A stretch of DNA of 61,264 nt, filler included, from Circinaria calcarea (GCA_051942165.1; 8 parts of 8 records of this genome joined end to end with filler, not necessarily neighbours in it); one strand, 5' to 3'; counted from the whole stretch's first letter, positions 11,803-24,233 are shown. Notes: a model not told the origin generated them from the sequence alone. Numbers and translations: made by a program.

Positions 11803-12714
11803 CTTCTTGGGGTCCGACGGTTCTATTGCCAGCACTCAGAAGTGACAAGGTGGGAAATGGAATGATGAGAGCTGAGTAATGCGGAGAAAATTGGGCTGAA
11901 GCACGTGTTTAGGGGAAGAGTCGGTTTTTCAATCAAATCCAAGCATCGCGATAATTCATTACAAAATGAGACAAGAGATTCGCCTGAGAAGCAGAAATGA
12001 AATCAAAGCACGGTTGGTACTGGCGATGTTCAATGTTAACATTAAGATCAGGGAGAAAGTTGTTAGATACCATCAAATGCAGCCTGCACGCTCCGCTTCA
12101 AAGTCTGCATTGTGGCCGCGGAGGACGGTCCTCCCGCAGATGACGGCGGATTAGTGTCACTCATGATTGCGTCTTTTAGGGATGATCGGAGCTCATACGC
12201 TTAGGAGCATATGCATCTGCTCTAATAAGACATCACCGCCGCTTGTGAGTTTGGCTGTCCCAAGCTCTGATACGAGCGGCCATCGGTTGCTTCCGCACGC
12301 TTGGCTCATCAGCCTGATTGTCGTAGGGTTGTGCATAGATGTCCAGCATAAATGGACCATTTAGATTGTGAATAATATACATCCTATCCGGCGGAAACTG
12401 TCATTGGATCTCATGCTCCATGTCATGCTGCTGGAGGAGAACCTACGAATGGATCCACCTCCTGACGTCGACACCGGAGCAAGCACCCCGGCAGGGTCCC
12501 TCCCAAACCATGTCTATCTCCGCCACAACGTTGGAAAGGTTACTCGTGTGTGACAGTGATAGTGGCCGGGAAGGATAGGCACACCAGTGTAGCTTACGGA
12601 GTACATCATCGTTGGAGCTAGCCGACATCCTGACAACCCATCCACACGCCTGTTCCGTATTGTACGAGACTCTCCGGTTGATAGCAAACTGAGGTGCTGG
12701 TCCACGCAGACAAG

Positions 12715-14359
12715 ATGTCGTCTGCATCCACTTCGAAAAAGTCCTGGACCAATGGCATAACCCCTTATTTCCTTTACCTCGTCGCCATAACCACTCTTGG
12801 GCCCCTCCAATTTGGCTTCCATCTTGTGAGCCACCTCACATCTCCTGGCTCTCCGCCGCCCTTTCACTGCATGGAACTGATCAGTTCCTTGGACATGTAG
12901 GCTGAACTCAATGCTCCCGAAGCCGTTATTCGCTGCATCGCTCGTTCCTCTTCTGCCGCCATCATCTTGACCTCCGCAACAGGGAGCCTTCCCAAATGTA
13001 TTCCCATGAGCGATGGCCAGTTCGGACTCGTCTCGGGCATCTTCACCCTCGGTGGTCTTCTCGGTGCTCTCTCCGCTGGACCACTCTCTACGCATAAAGG
13101 CCGTCTACTACCGATGCGTCTTTCGACGATATTCTTCATCCTTGGACCTCTGCTGGAGTCCCTTGCCCCATCAATATGGGTGTTAGCAGTCGGACGTTTC
13201 CTCGCCGGTGTCGGGGCAGGCGCGGCTCTTGTGGTTGTGCCGATATTTACCTCGGAAACAGCACCACCAGCTACCAAAGGAATGTTCGGGGCGTCTACAC
13301 AGATAATGATCAACGTGGGAATTGTGTTTGCGCAGGTCTTGGGCTACTTTTTGAGCTACGGGAGCATGTGGAGAATGGTGCTCGCTGTTGCTGGAATGAT
13401 TGGAATCGTACAGTGTGGAGGTCTATTCTTGGTGCCGGAAAGTCCGGATTGGTTAGCTGCCAGGGGAAAGACGGGCATTGCGAAGAAGAGTTTGAGCAGG
13501 ATACGGGGTGGAGCTGATATTGATGACGAGATTGCGGGCTGGGGTACTTCTGAAGAGGGAGAAGGTCTGTACAACTTTACCAACACCTTAAAATCCCTGT
13601 TGGCATTTGAAAGTGCACTCGCTCGAAGCCACTGACTTGTTTATAGCCGAATACGAGTCGCTCCTTCAAGGCTCAGATGGTCACGCCAACTCTCACCGTA
13701 GCCAGCCCGAGAAGGCTGCCATTGGCATTTTTGAAGTGGTCGTTCATCCAAACCATTACAAAGCCATCATCGCGGTTACCGGTGTGATGCTTGCTCAACA
13801 ACTGTGTGGGGTCAATAGCATAATTATGTACTCTGTATCTCTGCTGTCTGGCCTCCTCCCAACGGCCGCTGGCCTCATAACAGTTGCTGTAGGAGTACTA
13901 AATCTCGTTGTGACGGTGGCTTGCGCCCCTCTATCGGACCGTTTAGGTAGAAAGCTTTGCCTGCTATTATCAATTTCGGGCATGGGAACAAATGCCTTGC
14001 TTCTTGCATTTGGCATCATCTACGAAGTTCGAATCCTTTCGGCGGTCGCTACGCTGCTGTTCGTTGCCAGTTTTGCAGTGGGCCTTGGTCCCGTGCCGTT
14101 CACACTAGCAAGTGAGCTTGTCGGACCTGAAGCCGTGGGCGCAACGCAGAGCTGGGCTTTGGCCGCAAATTGGATTGCAACCTTTGTGGTGGCTCAGTTC
14201 TTTCCAATCTTGAATAAGGCCTTGGGCTCAGGTAGGATATATTTTGTGTTTGCAGCCCTGGCGGCTTTTTCCTTTGGGTTTGTAGCTTGGTGGGTACCGG
14301 AGACGAAAGGAAAGAAAGACGCTGACGAGGTGTGGGGAAGGGAACGCAGGCAAGACTAG
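12715..14359 (+). CDS. MFS sugar-porter family transporter (Vps73/Ybr241c-like), 3 exons (introns 12826-12900, 13565-13646)
   Basis: LGPLQFGFHL-AELNAP, GRFLAG, PESP, QQLCGVNSIIMYS, SDRLGRK, GLGPVPF, VPETKG. Confidence 0.9.
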
Positions 14360-14431
14360 CTGCTGTGTTTGTCTATATTGCCATCAACGATAGTCTCACT
14401 GCTCGTTGGTATGATAAGGACCACTACTCCT

Positions 14432-15254
14432 CTAATCGAGTTCATCCCCTAACTCCCAATGACCGTTTCCACAATCGCGCCAGTCGTACAAAGATTCCTT
14501 GCAGCTCTCGTCAATGACCGCCTGTATACCCTTTATGCCATAATCGTAGGAAGTAAATTTCCTTATCCCGCGGACTTTACAGGAATGGATCAATACGTTC
14601 CGTAAAACTCTATTGTACCCGATTTTGAACTCCAGCCACATATCTACTAGCAGGGCGGTGTCAACCCTTGACTGGTTCTCGAATATGTGATCGTCAGGGT
14701 GGGGAGCAAGCTGCATTCCAAGCTCTCTAAGAAAAGGCAATTGCTGCAAAAAGCCAAAGATACTACTGCGGTATCCTAGAAGAGGGAAGATGGCAATGTA
14801 GTCAACTGTCTTGATGAATTGTGAGAGAGGAATTGGTGCCGATATTTCCGGTATATAGGGAAACTGATTGAGGATAGAAGGCGAAGTCTTGCCATAATAT
14901 TCATAGGTGCTATAGACTTTCAACGATGAGCCCTCGTTCAATGTGCAATGAGTCCATGGCAGCAGGTGAAGAAGATCGAATACTTGAGGAGTCGGTAGAC
15001 CGGCGGGGTATGACCCATCTAGCGGTCGACTGAGGTGAAGAAGGTGAAGCGGCATGTCGAAAGCCCAGGCATCTTGAGTCTGGATAGCACAACACACCAA
15101 CCGGGCAAGTGTCGATGGTGGAGCACAAATCGTGATGAATCCTAGATTCTTGAGTTGTGCAACGATTGAACGGCAGAAGCCAGCAAGCCGGAGGTTTCCG
15201 TCGCTATCCGAAGCACTGTTCTCGCACTGGTGTTGATGTTGTACTTCCAGATCA
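14432..15254 (-). CDS. Hypothetical protein, 5'-truncated by contig end
   Basis: Frame open from the linker to TAG at 14432; globular-looking composition; no recognised motif. Confidence 0.55.
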
Positions 15255-15354
15255 NNNNNNNNNNNNNNNNNNNNNNNNNNNNNNNNNNNNNNNNNNNNTT
15301 AATTAATTAANNNNNNNNNNNNNNNNNNNNNNNNNNNNNNNNNNNNNNNNNNNN
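15255..15354. other. Artificial contig linker
   Basis: N44-TTAATTAATTAA-N44. Confidence 0.98.
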
Positions 15355-16249
15355 CAGTATGCTTATTGTAGCAATGGGCAGAGAGGGAGATATGGCAGGT
15401 GTCAGGTCCATATTACGAAAGGTGTGGGATATCGACGTAGACGCCATTCTGGAACTAGACGACGATTCATTTATTACCAACAACCAGCCCTCGCACCAAT
15501 CTCCGTCATATCCAACTCAACATCTCCTCTTTACCCTAGCTCATGTGTTTGGATCAAACAACGAGCTACCAGCCGCACTGCGCATCATTGATTACATTTC
15601 CCGCAAATACAGTATCGAGATCGATGATGAAACATGGGCTCAACTGTTCGAATGGACATTTGTTCTCTCAACACCTCGGTACAAAGGAAGGAAGTCCGAT
15701 GGAGCCCAACTGGGACAATTACCATTGGCGAGTGTGGAGAATCTATGGAACACCATGACATCGGAGCCGTACAACGTTAAGCCGACGATGCCAATGTATA
15801 ACCGGCGGATTCGTAATCTCTGGAAGCGGCAAATGCTTGATCCCATGCTGGAGGCGATGCGGGCGGGAAAGAAGCTACATAATCAACAGGTGAAACGTTC
15901 TCGAGCAATGGCAAAGGATCTACCGGAAGAGATCAGCATGGACGGCGCTAGTGAACTTAACCCATTGTCGTTGTTTCCAACCTCTCTAACGTCAGCAAGG
16001 CATCATGAGATGGAGCTACAACAGCTGTATGGCTATCGCGACTTTCTTATGGTTTCACGCTGGGTTCGACTTCTTATGGCAGGTACTCGATGGGGAGGAT
16101 CAGGCGAGGCTACTTTGAGATGGCAGCGCATCGGAGCACCAAATGCCGTCGCTGAATTTTGGCACTTTCGGCCGAGAGAAGGTTTCGCATATAGAATCGC
16201 TACGGGGAGGATACAGTTTCAGACTTTTACAGTGATGATAACCTCCTAG
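15355..16249 (+). CDS. AEP2: Mitochondrial ATPase expression protein (Aep2/ATP13 family), 5'-truncated
   Basis: AMGREGD..VWDIDV..SPSYPTQHLLFTLAHVFGSNNELPAALRIIDYISRKYSIEI..WAQLFEW matches the recalled ATP13-family pattern; exact C-terminus uncertain. Confidence 0.7.
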
Positions 16250-16440
16250 TGAGATCGCATTGCGTGGCATGGAGCAAAGTTGGCGTTTCTTATCCAGAGG
16301 CATAGAGTATCGCGATAGGGATGTAGATAAGAAGTCAGCGGTATTTGGGAGTATTAGGTGGCGGTTTGGGTGGCTGAGCTGATGTTTTGGAAGGCAGGGA
16401 TTCAACGGAGCATACTTATACACATTTGTACATATAGAGG

Positions 16441-18017
16441 TAGACGATCAGAAGCAATTCCTCGTACGACCACTACTTCTGCATTGTCTTGCTTTGCTAC
16501 AATGCGGCCTAGCTATCGAGTAGTGCCAAGTATAGACAACCAAGTGTCACTTCTTTGTCCGCATTGCTTTGTCTTTCACCGCGTTTAGTGTTTCTTTCCC
16601 CACGCTCCACTTTTCTTCACAATAAGTACTTAGTAAAGTCCTTATGTATAAGTCAATAATCATTCTCTGATGCTGGCTCTGATCAAAAGAGATGGTTCCA
16701 TTTCCGGCTCCTTTCGTTAACAAGAGGTCCGGTAGCGATAGAGCTACCTACCTCTATCTTTGAGACTTCACGCACCCATATGTAATACGGTCCTTACGGG
16801 ATGGTGTGCATCTGCCTGCATACACACATCTATTTCAACTCATGTTGGCAGGAAGCGTTACTTCCGGCGCCCGATCTTCCAAAATTATCCCACATCCTAA
16901 GGGTGGACGGTAGCGTCCCTACTCACTATCCGACAAGTACGAACGTCTCCAAGCACACCTTCGGACCGAGACACCCTACCTGATCTGCTCCTACGTTACA
17001 CCTCATCTCCTGTTGTTCATTGGTATGGGTTGGATCCCGTGGGCCAAGAAGGCGAATCCTTTCTGCCGCTTCGCTTCTAGCATAGGAGATCTCCGTCGAC
17101 TCTTTGCTCCCTACAGATCTTTGGGGATATACCTTCCCGGAGTGAAACGGAGAGAGGGGTTCAAAGTTTGGGTATGTGTGACTGGTAGCAGAGTTGGTGG
17201 CTATGAGAGAACCTAGAGTAGTCCTCTTGGTGTGCAGAGTCTTTAGAAGCGCCGACTTCCTTACTCTCCATAACCAAACATAGGAGTTCTCATAGCCACC
17301 AGCGCACCGGAAGACACCAGTTCCTTGGGGAAAAGAAATCGTGAGATTTACCATTAGAAAACTCGAACGTTCCGAACCCCGAGTCTTAAACAACAGTCAC
17401 ACCGAATCCCTTTATCTCACTGTGAATGCCCATTGCCCACCAAATTTAAAGCTTCCCGCAAACAAGGCATCTTGTTGTGGCGCTGAGGTTCGTTAGATAA
17501 ACGTATTCGGCTGGAATGGAACTGCGTACAATCAAGGGGAGCACGTTTCCCGCGGGACGTGTCAGAATGTGTCGGATGAGGGATGGGGATTAGTTTATGG
17601 CTGATGGGTGGGAGAGAAGTCGAAGTGTTGGGGGAGAGAAGGGAGATATGGGGAAGGTGGGAGTAACGCATAACAGGGGTGGTTCGGGGGAGGGAGGAGG
17701 TGGATAAATACCGGGGCGAGGGAGGGAAGAGAAGGAAGAAGGAAGCGGAAGTTAGAGAGGAAGATGAGGAGGGGAATGATAAGGAGGAGGTACTCGTGTG
17801 CGGGGAGTAGTAGTGATCTTGGAGGCATTGTTTGTTGCTGCAGTTTTAATCTATGGTTATTTAACATACGTATTACCCGGTGTACTAAACTTGAGATATA
17901 TTGGCTGCTCTGATCTATAACTTGCAATGCGCCATGATTGCTTCTAGAGGGTCTAGGATATCAGGTGGAGGAGATGAAGGGGTCATTATATGGGAAAGCG
18001 GATGCGAAGGATTTTTG
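16441..18017 (+). ncRNA. Large structured non-coding RNA, candidate telomerase RNA (TER)
   Basis: Closing helix 16450-16458/17937-17945 (plus 16441-45/17951-55). Inner helices 16928-35/17570-77 and 16939-44/17488-93. Hairpin 16945-16972 followed by ACCCTACC (16973-80). 14-bp stem 17195-17208/17288-17301; 9-bp stem 17176-84/17394-402. Sm-like ATTTTTG 18011-17. No credible ORF. Strand inferred from G-U pairs. Confidence 0.5.
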
Positions 18018-18421
18018 TAAAAAAGGGTTTTTTTTGTAAACAATAGGGCTACTAGCGTCACGTGCCTCTTTTACCGATTATTTCCAACGTATAAACATTC
18101 ACTACGATAATTTATCACGTTACCACAAGATCTTGGTTTGGCATTTGTTCATTTGCATTAAAGATCTAGGTTGCGCGATGAAAGCAAATGCAGCATGTGT
18201 TCCTGTGTATGTCGGACACATGTTGTTGGTGGAACAAATGCAATATTTTCTCCTTCGATGGGCCAACACTCGATCTTTTCGATGTCCTGGTATGACCCAA
18301 AGATCCGAGACGCGCATGTTTAAACAAAACGAGTCACGCATGCTTCAATTTCCAAACTCCTGCTTGCTAGCCCCATTTCCATCTCTGCCCTCCTCGCGCC
18401 TTGCCACGTGCATCTCTACAC

Positions 18422-19534
18422 TCATGCAGTGGGGGTGGGAAGTTGAATCTTCCCCTCCATCAATTCCAGCACATCCTTCCCAAACTTCTCTCTTTCCTCC
18501 TCAGTCCACCGGATATTTTGAGTGACAAGCCCGACAAAACCATAATGCCCGCCGTCGTGGGCCTCCACCGTCACGTTTCGCTTTAGAGGAGCGAATTTGG
18601 TCAGGCCTGCCAGGAAACTCTCACTGTATTTCTGCTGCAGATGAACTGGGATGCTTGTTTTCATGCAGAGGTCGACATGCACCGAGCGAAGACCTCGGAA
18701 AAGCTGGAGGTTCTCAGGCGTTAGGACAGCATTCCAGAGGGTACGCTTGCCGGCCCCGGTACTGAAATTGACGGTTACCGGATAGGTGGAGGACTGATCG
18801 ATTATCAGGCGTAGTTTTCGGATGGCGGATAACTGTCCGGGTGATGCCTTTTGGATGAATCGTGCAAAACATGTTGGGGAGTCAAAGGTGTAGGTGCTCG
18901 TCTTCCAGATGATACGCTCTCCAACTTCAGCGAGCTCTTTGCACGAGTGTAGGACTTTTGCGTCTTGGAGCCTAGAGTACTCGAGGCGCGGCAGGAGTCC
19001 AAGGCATTTCGAGTTGGTATCGGTATTGCCCACAGCCGCGAGATGCCCATAGTGTGCCCAGCATTCCCCCTTAAGCAGAAAATGACACTGGTCTCGACGC
19101 CCGTTGATGTGAAGGGTCCGTCCGCCCAGAAGCTCCGTCAATACCATGTCCTGGACCTCTGCAGGCAAGCTAAGGAACGAGGGCATGAGTGTGTGTGTGT
19201 TGAGGCTGTCAAAATCAGCACTTGGCATTAAACAAAGTTGGAACCTAAATCTCGCTTACCTTAAGTCGGAAAATTTTGTGACTCGACGACGCTTCGTCAA
19301 TGCCGAATTATGGCCATGGATTAACGCGGACGACTTTCTCTTCCCTAGAGTCTTGTTTGGTTGGGCGGCTGGTAGAACTTGGTTTGAAGAAGACACAACA
19401 GCCGGTTGCGCAGCTTGAATATTGCTTGAGGTAGTGGCGGGGAGTGGAAGATTGAAAGGAAAAGCTATTCCTGGCTGCACAGCCGAGGCGCTTGTTGGGA
19501 TTGTGTTCGAAAGACCAGATTGGAATGGGAACAT
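18422..19534 (-). CDS. Hypothetical protein with F-box-like/DUF7730-like N-terminal motif, 2 coding exons (intron 19206-19259) plus a 5'-UTR intron near 19595-19641
   Basis: MFPFQSG... spliced (GTAAGC..GCTGAT..GACAG) into SFLSLPAEVQDMVLTELLGGRTLHI; later IIWKTSTYTFDSP and IRKLRL motifs. Confidence 0.7.
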
Positions 19535-22500
19535 GTCTAGTACTGAGTGTATTTTTGGCTTCTCGTTGATACGGTGAATGGCGCGGTAGATTTCCTACGG
19601 TTTATTAGCATTATAGACCTGAAAGAGAAGCATTGACTTACCGTTGCTTGACTGCTTTGGCACGGAGATATGGATCTCGAAAGCCCCTCTGGATGCTGAT
19701 AGCTCAAAGATGCTGAGTCGATGGAAAGCTTCGATGAGAGATTCGACGATTGAAAGCTTTGATGAATAGAAGCTTGTATGGATGATGGCTTTGAAGGAAG
19801 CTTTGCTTTAATGATTTGGATGAAAACTGGTTGGTTAACCAGTTTCGTAGAGGTTTGAGGATGAAGGTGTGATGTGTAAGAAAGATGGAGGAAGCAGGGT
19901 GGAAGATGGTTTATATACCCCCCAAAAGCCCTCGCTTAGCCAGCCCCGGGTAAGTTCTATATCACCACCGGTGTTGCCTATCAGTGTTATGTATCAGATA
20001 TTTTTTCCTTCTTTAGGACTAGCGGCTGATTAGAATAGGGGTATAGATCATGTGGCTCAACCCACTCAACACAACGTGACTCATCATATATATTCGCTGG
20101 ACCCGGTGTGTTATAAGATAGGAGAAGTGTTTTTGGGCCTCTTCTGCCGAACGAACAGGGAGAAAGAAAAGAGTGAGGTGAAGTCTAACACGGAACTGTA
20201 CGTCTTTCTTACTCATGTTTGTATAGACCACGAATTCACTGACGGATGAATATAGATTCCCATACAACCTGCATATCTCCTTATAATAACACCCTCAACT
20301 ACCGCACCCCTTTTCTTACTGGGCCCTGCCTCCCATACTTTGGTCCTATTAAAGTGTCAACAACAAGAACACCCCTCACGGCCCTTCACCAGAGCTTCGT
20401 CAACTTTGTTCCTTATAGCGTGATCTTCTAGTCCGAAGGCTTAGAACGCACCTACCATCCTCTTTCAGGGCTCGGATATCCGCGGACCATGGTTCGCATG
20501 ACTTGAGGCTTGGCCCACGCAATTCGAAGACCTTCAAACCAGATTGGGTTCGCGTACCGCGTCATTCAGAGTCCGAAGTCACTAGGGCTAGTCATATGAC
20601 TTTAAAGCCCTAATCACATGACTCATGGTCGTCGGCTCTTTCCATAAGTGAGGGACTTAGCGAGTTTGGCTCTCAGTCCCGAGTGTCGGACAGCATCCGT
20701 GGGCTGTAGTCCATCTGGAGGTCTTTGGACCAGCCAGTCTACCTCGTACCAGCAGGTAGTGAGACCGTCTCTGGAACTCGGATTTCAACTTCGTAGCTTT
20801 CCGCGGAAGTTCGTCACCAACTTGCTGCCGGAGAGAATAAGATGGTAGTGGGGGAATGCTATTGGGTAGAGGGCAATATAATGGAGAAACAAGCATCATT
20901 ATTGAGCATGAAAAGAGACCGAAGGTAAATACTGAAAGTGCGGAATCAATAACGCGAGACGACGCACATTTTATTTTACCGGAGAGTAGATGCCTTACAG
21001 GGACTGTGGAACGAGGCTGGAGAAGTTTAAAACCAGGCATCCTAGGATTGGTAGCTTCTTTCTCAAGAGCGGTGAACGTAGATACTCACAGCTCCTAGTT
21101 GGTGTACACGATTGTGAATAAAACAAGCCCCAGTGGCTAAGATCGAAATGATAGTTAAATCCGCTGCGACGGCTGCTTGTCTGGAAGGACAAAGACTCGG
21201 AGATTAAAGAAAATTTCTCTTCGCATTTATCATCGGCGCCAACTATAGGATTCGGCCACAGCGTCCCCGCAAGCAGCGTCAAAGGATCATAAATAGGGAC
21301 GTTTCATGATGCTGCTAATCCATTTTCATTTCTTTGTTTCGATTCTAGGGAATGTCGTGCTCTATATGGGACTGGGGCTCGCGCCCCTTCTTCTAAGCGA
21401 CAAACTTAGCCTATGGTATGGTACGCGCGTCTGCGCTTATTCTCAAGCACCATGCCAGTAACTAACAACCCCATTTCTAAAAGCTCATTTCTCCATAATC
21501 TAAGGAAGCAGTAAGATATAACCTTACTGACTACCGCGTAAGGTGTTATCTCTAGTTCTATCCCAAAGGCTTGCGGCAATCATACCATGCCTCCCCTTTG
21601 ACAGGATCTGTTGAGTACATGCCAGTTCAAGCATGTATGACTTATTATCACCATTCCATAGCTTTCATGGACATTGATGTGGGGAAATTATAATTCAAGG
21701 CTGAGGCTTGTTACAATACAACCTTCTCGGGAGTTTCAAATACAACCATCCCTGTGTTTAGCCTGGCTTTTGTTTTAACCCTTCTAGGCCTCGACGATGG
21801 TTCAGACAGTTTACTGTAAAGCCCGATTAGGGTTAGCGTCCAACAAGGTAGACTTACCATTTGGCATAGCCCTGAAGTATGGCGGCTCCCGATCATGATT
21901 AGATTAAATACACACTAGCAACTTAGGTCAAGTGGATCCACCAACCTAGAAGCGAAAATAAGGTTGTTTTTAAAATTTGAAGCGGAACGGTTACTCCGCA
22001 CTATGCCGAGAACTTTGGGGTAAGCGGCTATTCTACTTTAGGTGTTATTCTAGAAGCGCGATCGTTCCCGTTGATCACTCGGGGTGATCAAGCCCAGGGA
22101 TCATCGATCCTCCTAGAAAACAGGTAGCGCTCTTGACATACATTTAAACCTAATTCTGGTAATATTCCCTCCATATCCTTAATTGCGCACATATATGCTT
22201 TCACTCCCGACCCTACCTCAAGGACTTCAGAATGGTCTATCCAATATCTCCGGAGCTTTATATGCTCAAAGTCTATTACGATGTAAAGGCCAAAGGTCGC
22301 AATCAGCAGCAACCTATCCGGTTGCGCACTCTGCCTGGCACTAACTAGGAATCACTCTACATGCAGCTCTGTCGCCCTTATTGGTTCGCAATTGGAAGTC
22401 ATGCATTGCATTTTACTTGCTGTAATGATGCAATTTTCGCTGCGGGGTATCTGCTGGAGAAGAGTACTCCTGAGGTCCTGGTTATATATTCTTGTGCGAC

Positions 22501-22757
22501 GCTTAGTCGTTTCTAGTTCGATAGGGGAAACAACTTCGTATGGCTTCTACAGCAAACGGATCCTCGGCTCAGCCCTATGACGCGGTGCAGAATGGAGCTT
22601 AATATGGGGAGGACCCCAAAGTGACATTGGCTCCGAAATACGTGGAAACAAAAGTGAGACTGGATATTCGTGGCCGTAACTGTCTGAGCCTGCTTACTGA
22701 TCGCTTCACAGTACCCGAACTACTTGGCTCAGTGCCACCTCCGTAAACTCCGGAGGC

Positions 22758-22840
22758 CTCAGACTTCTTTCGTACTAGCTCCGCGTAAAAAGGTTATTCC
22801 GATCCGATATTACATAATCCTTTTTTGAAAGAAGTCTGAG
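22758..22840. repeat. 14-bp perfect inverted repeat near contig end (possible transposon terminal region)
   Basis: CTCAGACTTCTTTC (22758-22771) / GAAAGAAGTCTGAG (22827-22840), with inner AAAAAGG/CCTTTTT. Confidence 0.7.
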
Positions 22841-22927
22841 AGTTTTATCCAAAAAATATATAGGGTGTCGCGAACTTTATTAAGGATTTATATACAACGT
22901 ATCGCGAACTTCCCGAGCCGCCAAAAC

Positions 22928-23027
22928 NNNNNNNNNNNNNNNNNNNNNNNNNNNNNNNNNNNNNNNNNNNNTTAATTAATTAANNNNNNNNNNNNNNNNN
23001 NNNNNNNNNNNNNNNNNNNNNNNNNNN
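22928..23027. other. Artificial contig linker
   Basis: N44-TTAATTAATTAA-N44. Confidence 0.98.
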
Positions 23028-23047
23028 TGAGGATTTTGATAAACTTA

Positions 23048-23167
23048 CGGGTATGCAGATAATCTTGTAAATAGGCTTTCTATGATGGCTGCCTGATCAA
23101 TGAAAGGAGGCTGTCCATCTCGACTCGAGCCTAAGGATTTGGCTCCATGTACATGTGGATCCGACAT
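23048..23167 (-). CDS. Probable first exon of a gene cut by the contig end
   Basis: MSDPHVHGAKS...LSAY followed by a GTAAGT donor immediately before the linker. Confidence 0.4.
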
Positions 23168-24233
23168 ATTGAAGGCGGTTCGTCGAGGACCGACGGGTGA
23201 AAGAGAGGAGTAAGCTGCAGCACTATTGAATGCAAGTATGTTAAGATATGTGTAACAGTAAGATGTAGAGCCATGGAACGGGGGAAAAGAAGGCTCTTTT
23301 AAAGGTAACAAAATTGACGAAACCAGATGCGGAAGTCACGCTGGACGACGAAGCTGAGCAACAGATTGCCTTCATTGTTGGGAAGGAGAGCTCTTGCAAT
23401 GAACGCAGAAGAAGAAGGTCCATCTTGAAGGGAGGCGGTGGGCGGGAACTCTGCCCAACTTCAGGAAAGAGGGGTTGCTATCCATTTTCTATATTCCGTT
23501 GTATGGTACTATAGCATTAGTGGGTTCAACGTAGCGATATTCATGGTCCTTACCGACAAGATAGCGAGTTTTCCGTAGATTCCTTGGTAGAGGATGTACT
23601 AGTATCAGATTTTTCGTAAAAGGGATAGATTTTCAGTATTATACATTTCCAAGATAGGCAAGGAACCAAAACCACGTTTCTAGGATGACAGCAGAATTCC
23701 ATGTACAGAAACGACCGCGGACAGGAACAAGTACCGGGTGCCGCGCTGGCGTGTGACAATAGTTTTCAACTCTTGATTACTCGCAGTGACACTTGGTAGA
23801 CATTCTAGGGAGACTATGCCAAGGACAAGATAGCCCAGAAGGGAACAGGTAAAGGAGAAGAATTGGATACCCTTTCACCCATGCATAGTCTGACAACGAT
23901 AAACTATTTCAACAATTTCTCCACCTTCTTCCACTAGTAATCAGCATCCTGCCCATGTTCTCAGCAAGCTCCTGTCGTGCCCTTCCTGCTTCCCACTTAC
24001 CGTTGACGATATGTAGGTGTAATGCTAGTACGTAATGTAGAAGATCATGTATTAAGCTGCGGATCTGCTGGAATCGAACACTTTCCAAACAGGTAGATCG
24101 AGGGCGTAGTGAAAAGGGATTTGTGGACGTACAGCTACTGAAGTGAGCTTTGAATTTGAATAGAGTAGATCCGACAGAAAGAAAGCGAATAAAGCTGAAA
24201 TAAGGCTAGCGCGGTTTATCTGTTAAATATACG

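Noticed and set aside
16926..17393. ORFs of 155 aa (-) and 67 aa (+) inside the structured region
   Set aside because: Non-ATG starts, no motifs or codon bias; base-pairing explains the region better
21826..21838. TTAGGGTTAG (CTAACCCTAA on -), a canonical telomerase-template-like word
   Set aside because: Coincides with the branch site of an intron-like segment (GTAAGT..GCTAAC..TACAG); I saw no surrounding helices, but it should be rechecked if the 16.4-18.0 kb candidate fails
20650..22600. Possible decayed multi-exon gene on the minus strand
   Set aside because: Splice-like signals present, but no coherent frame or recognisable family
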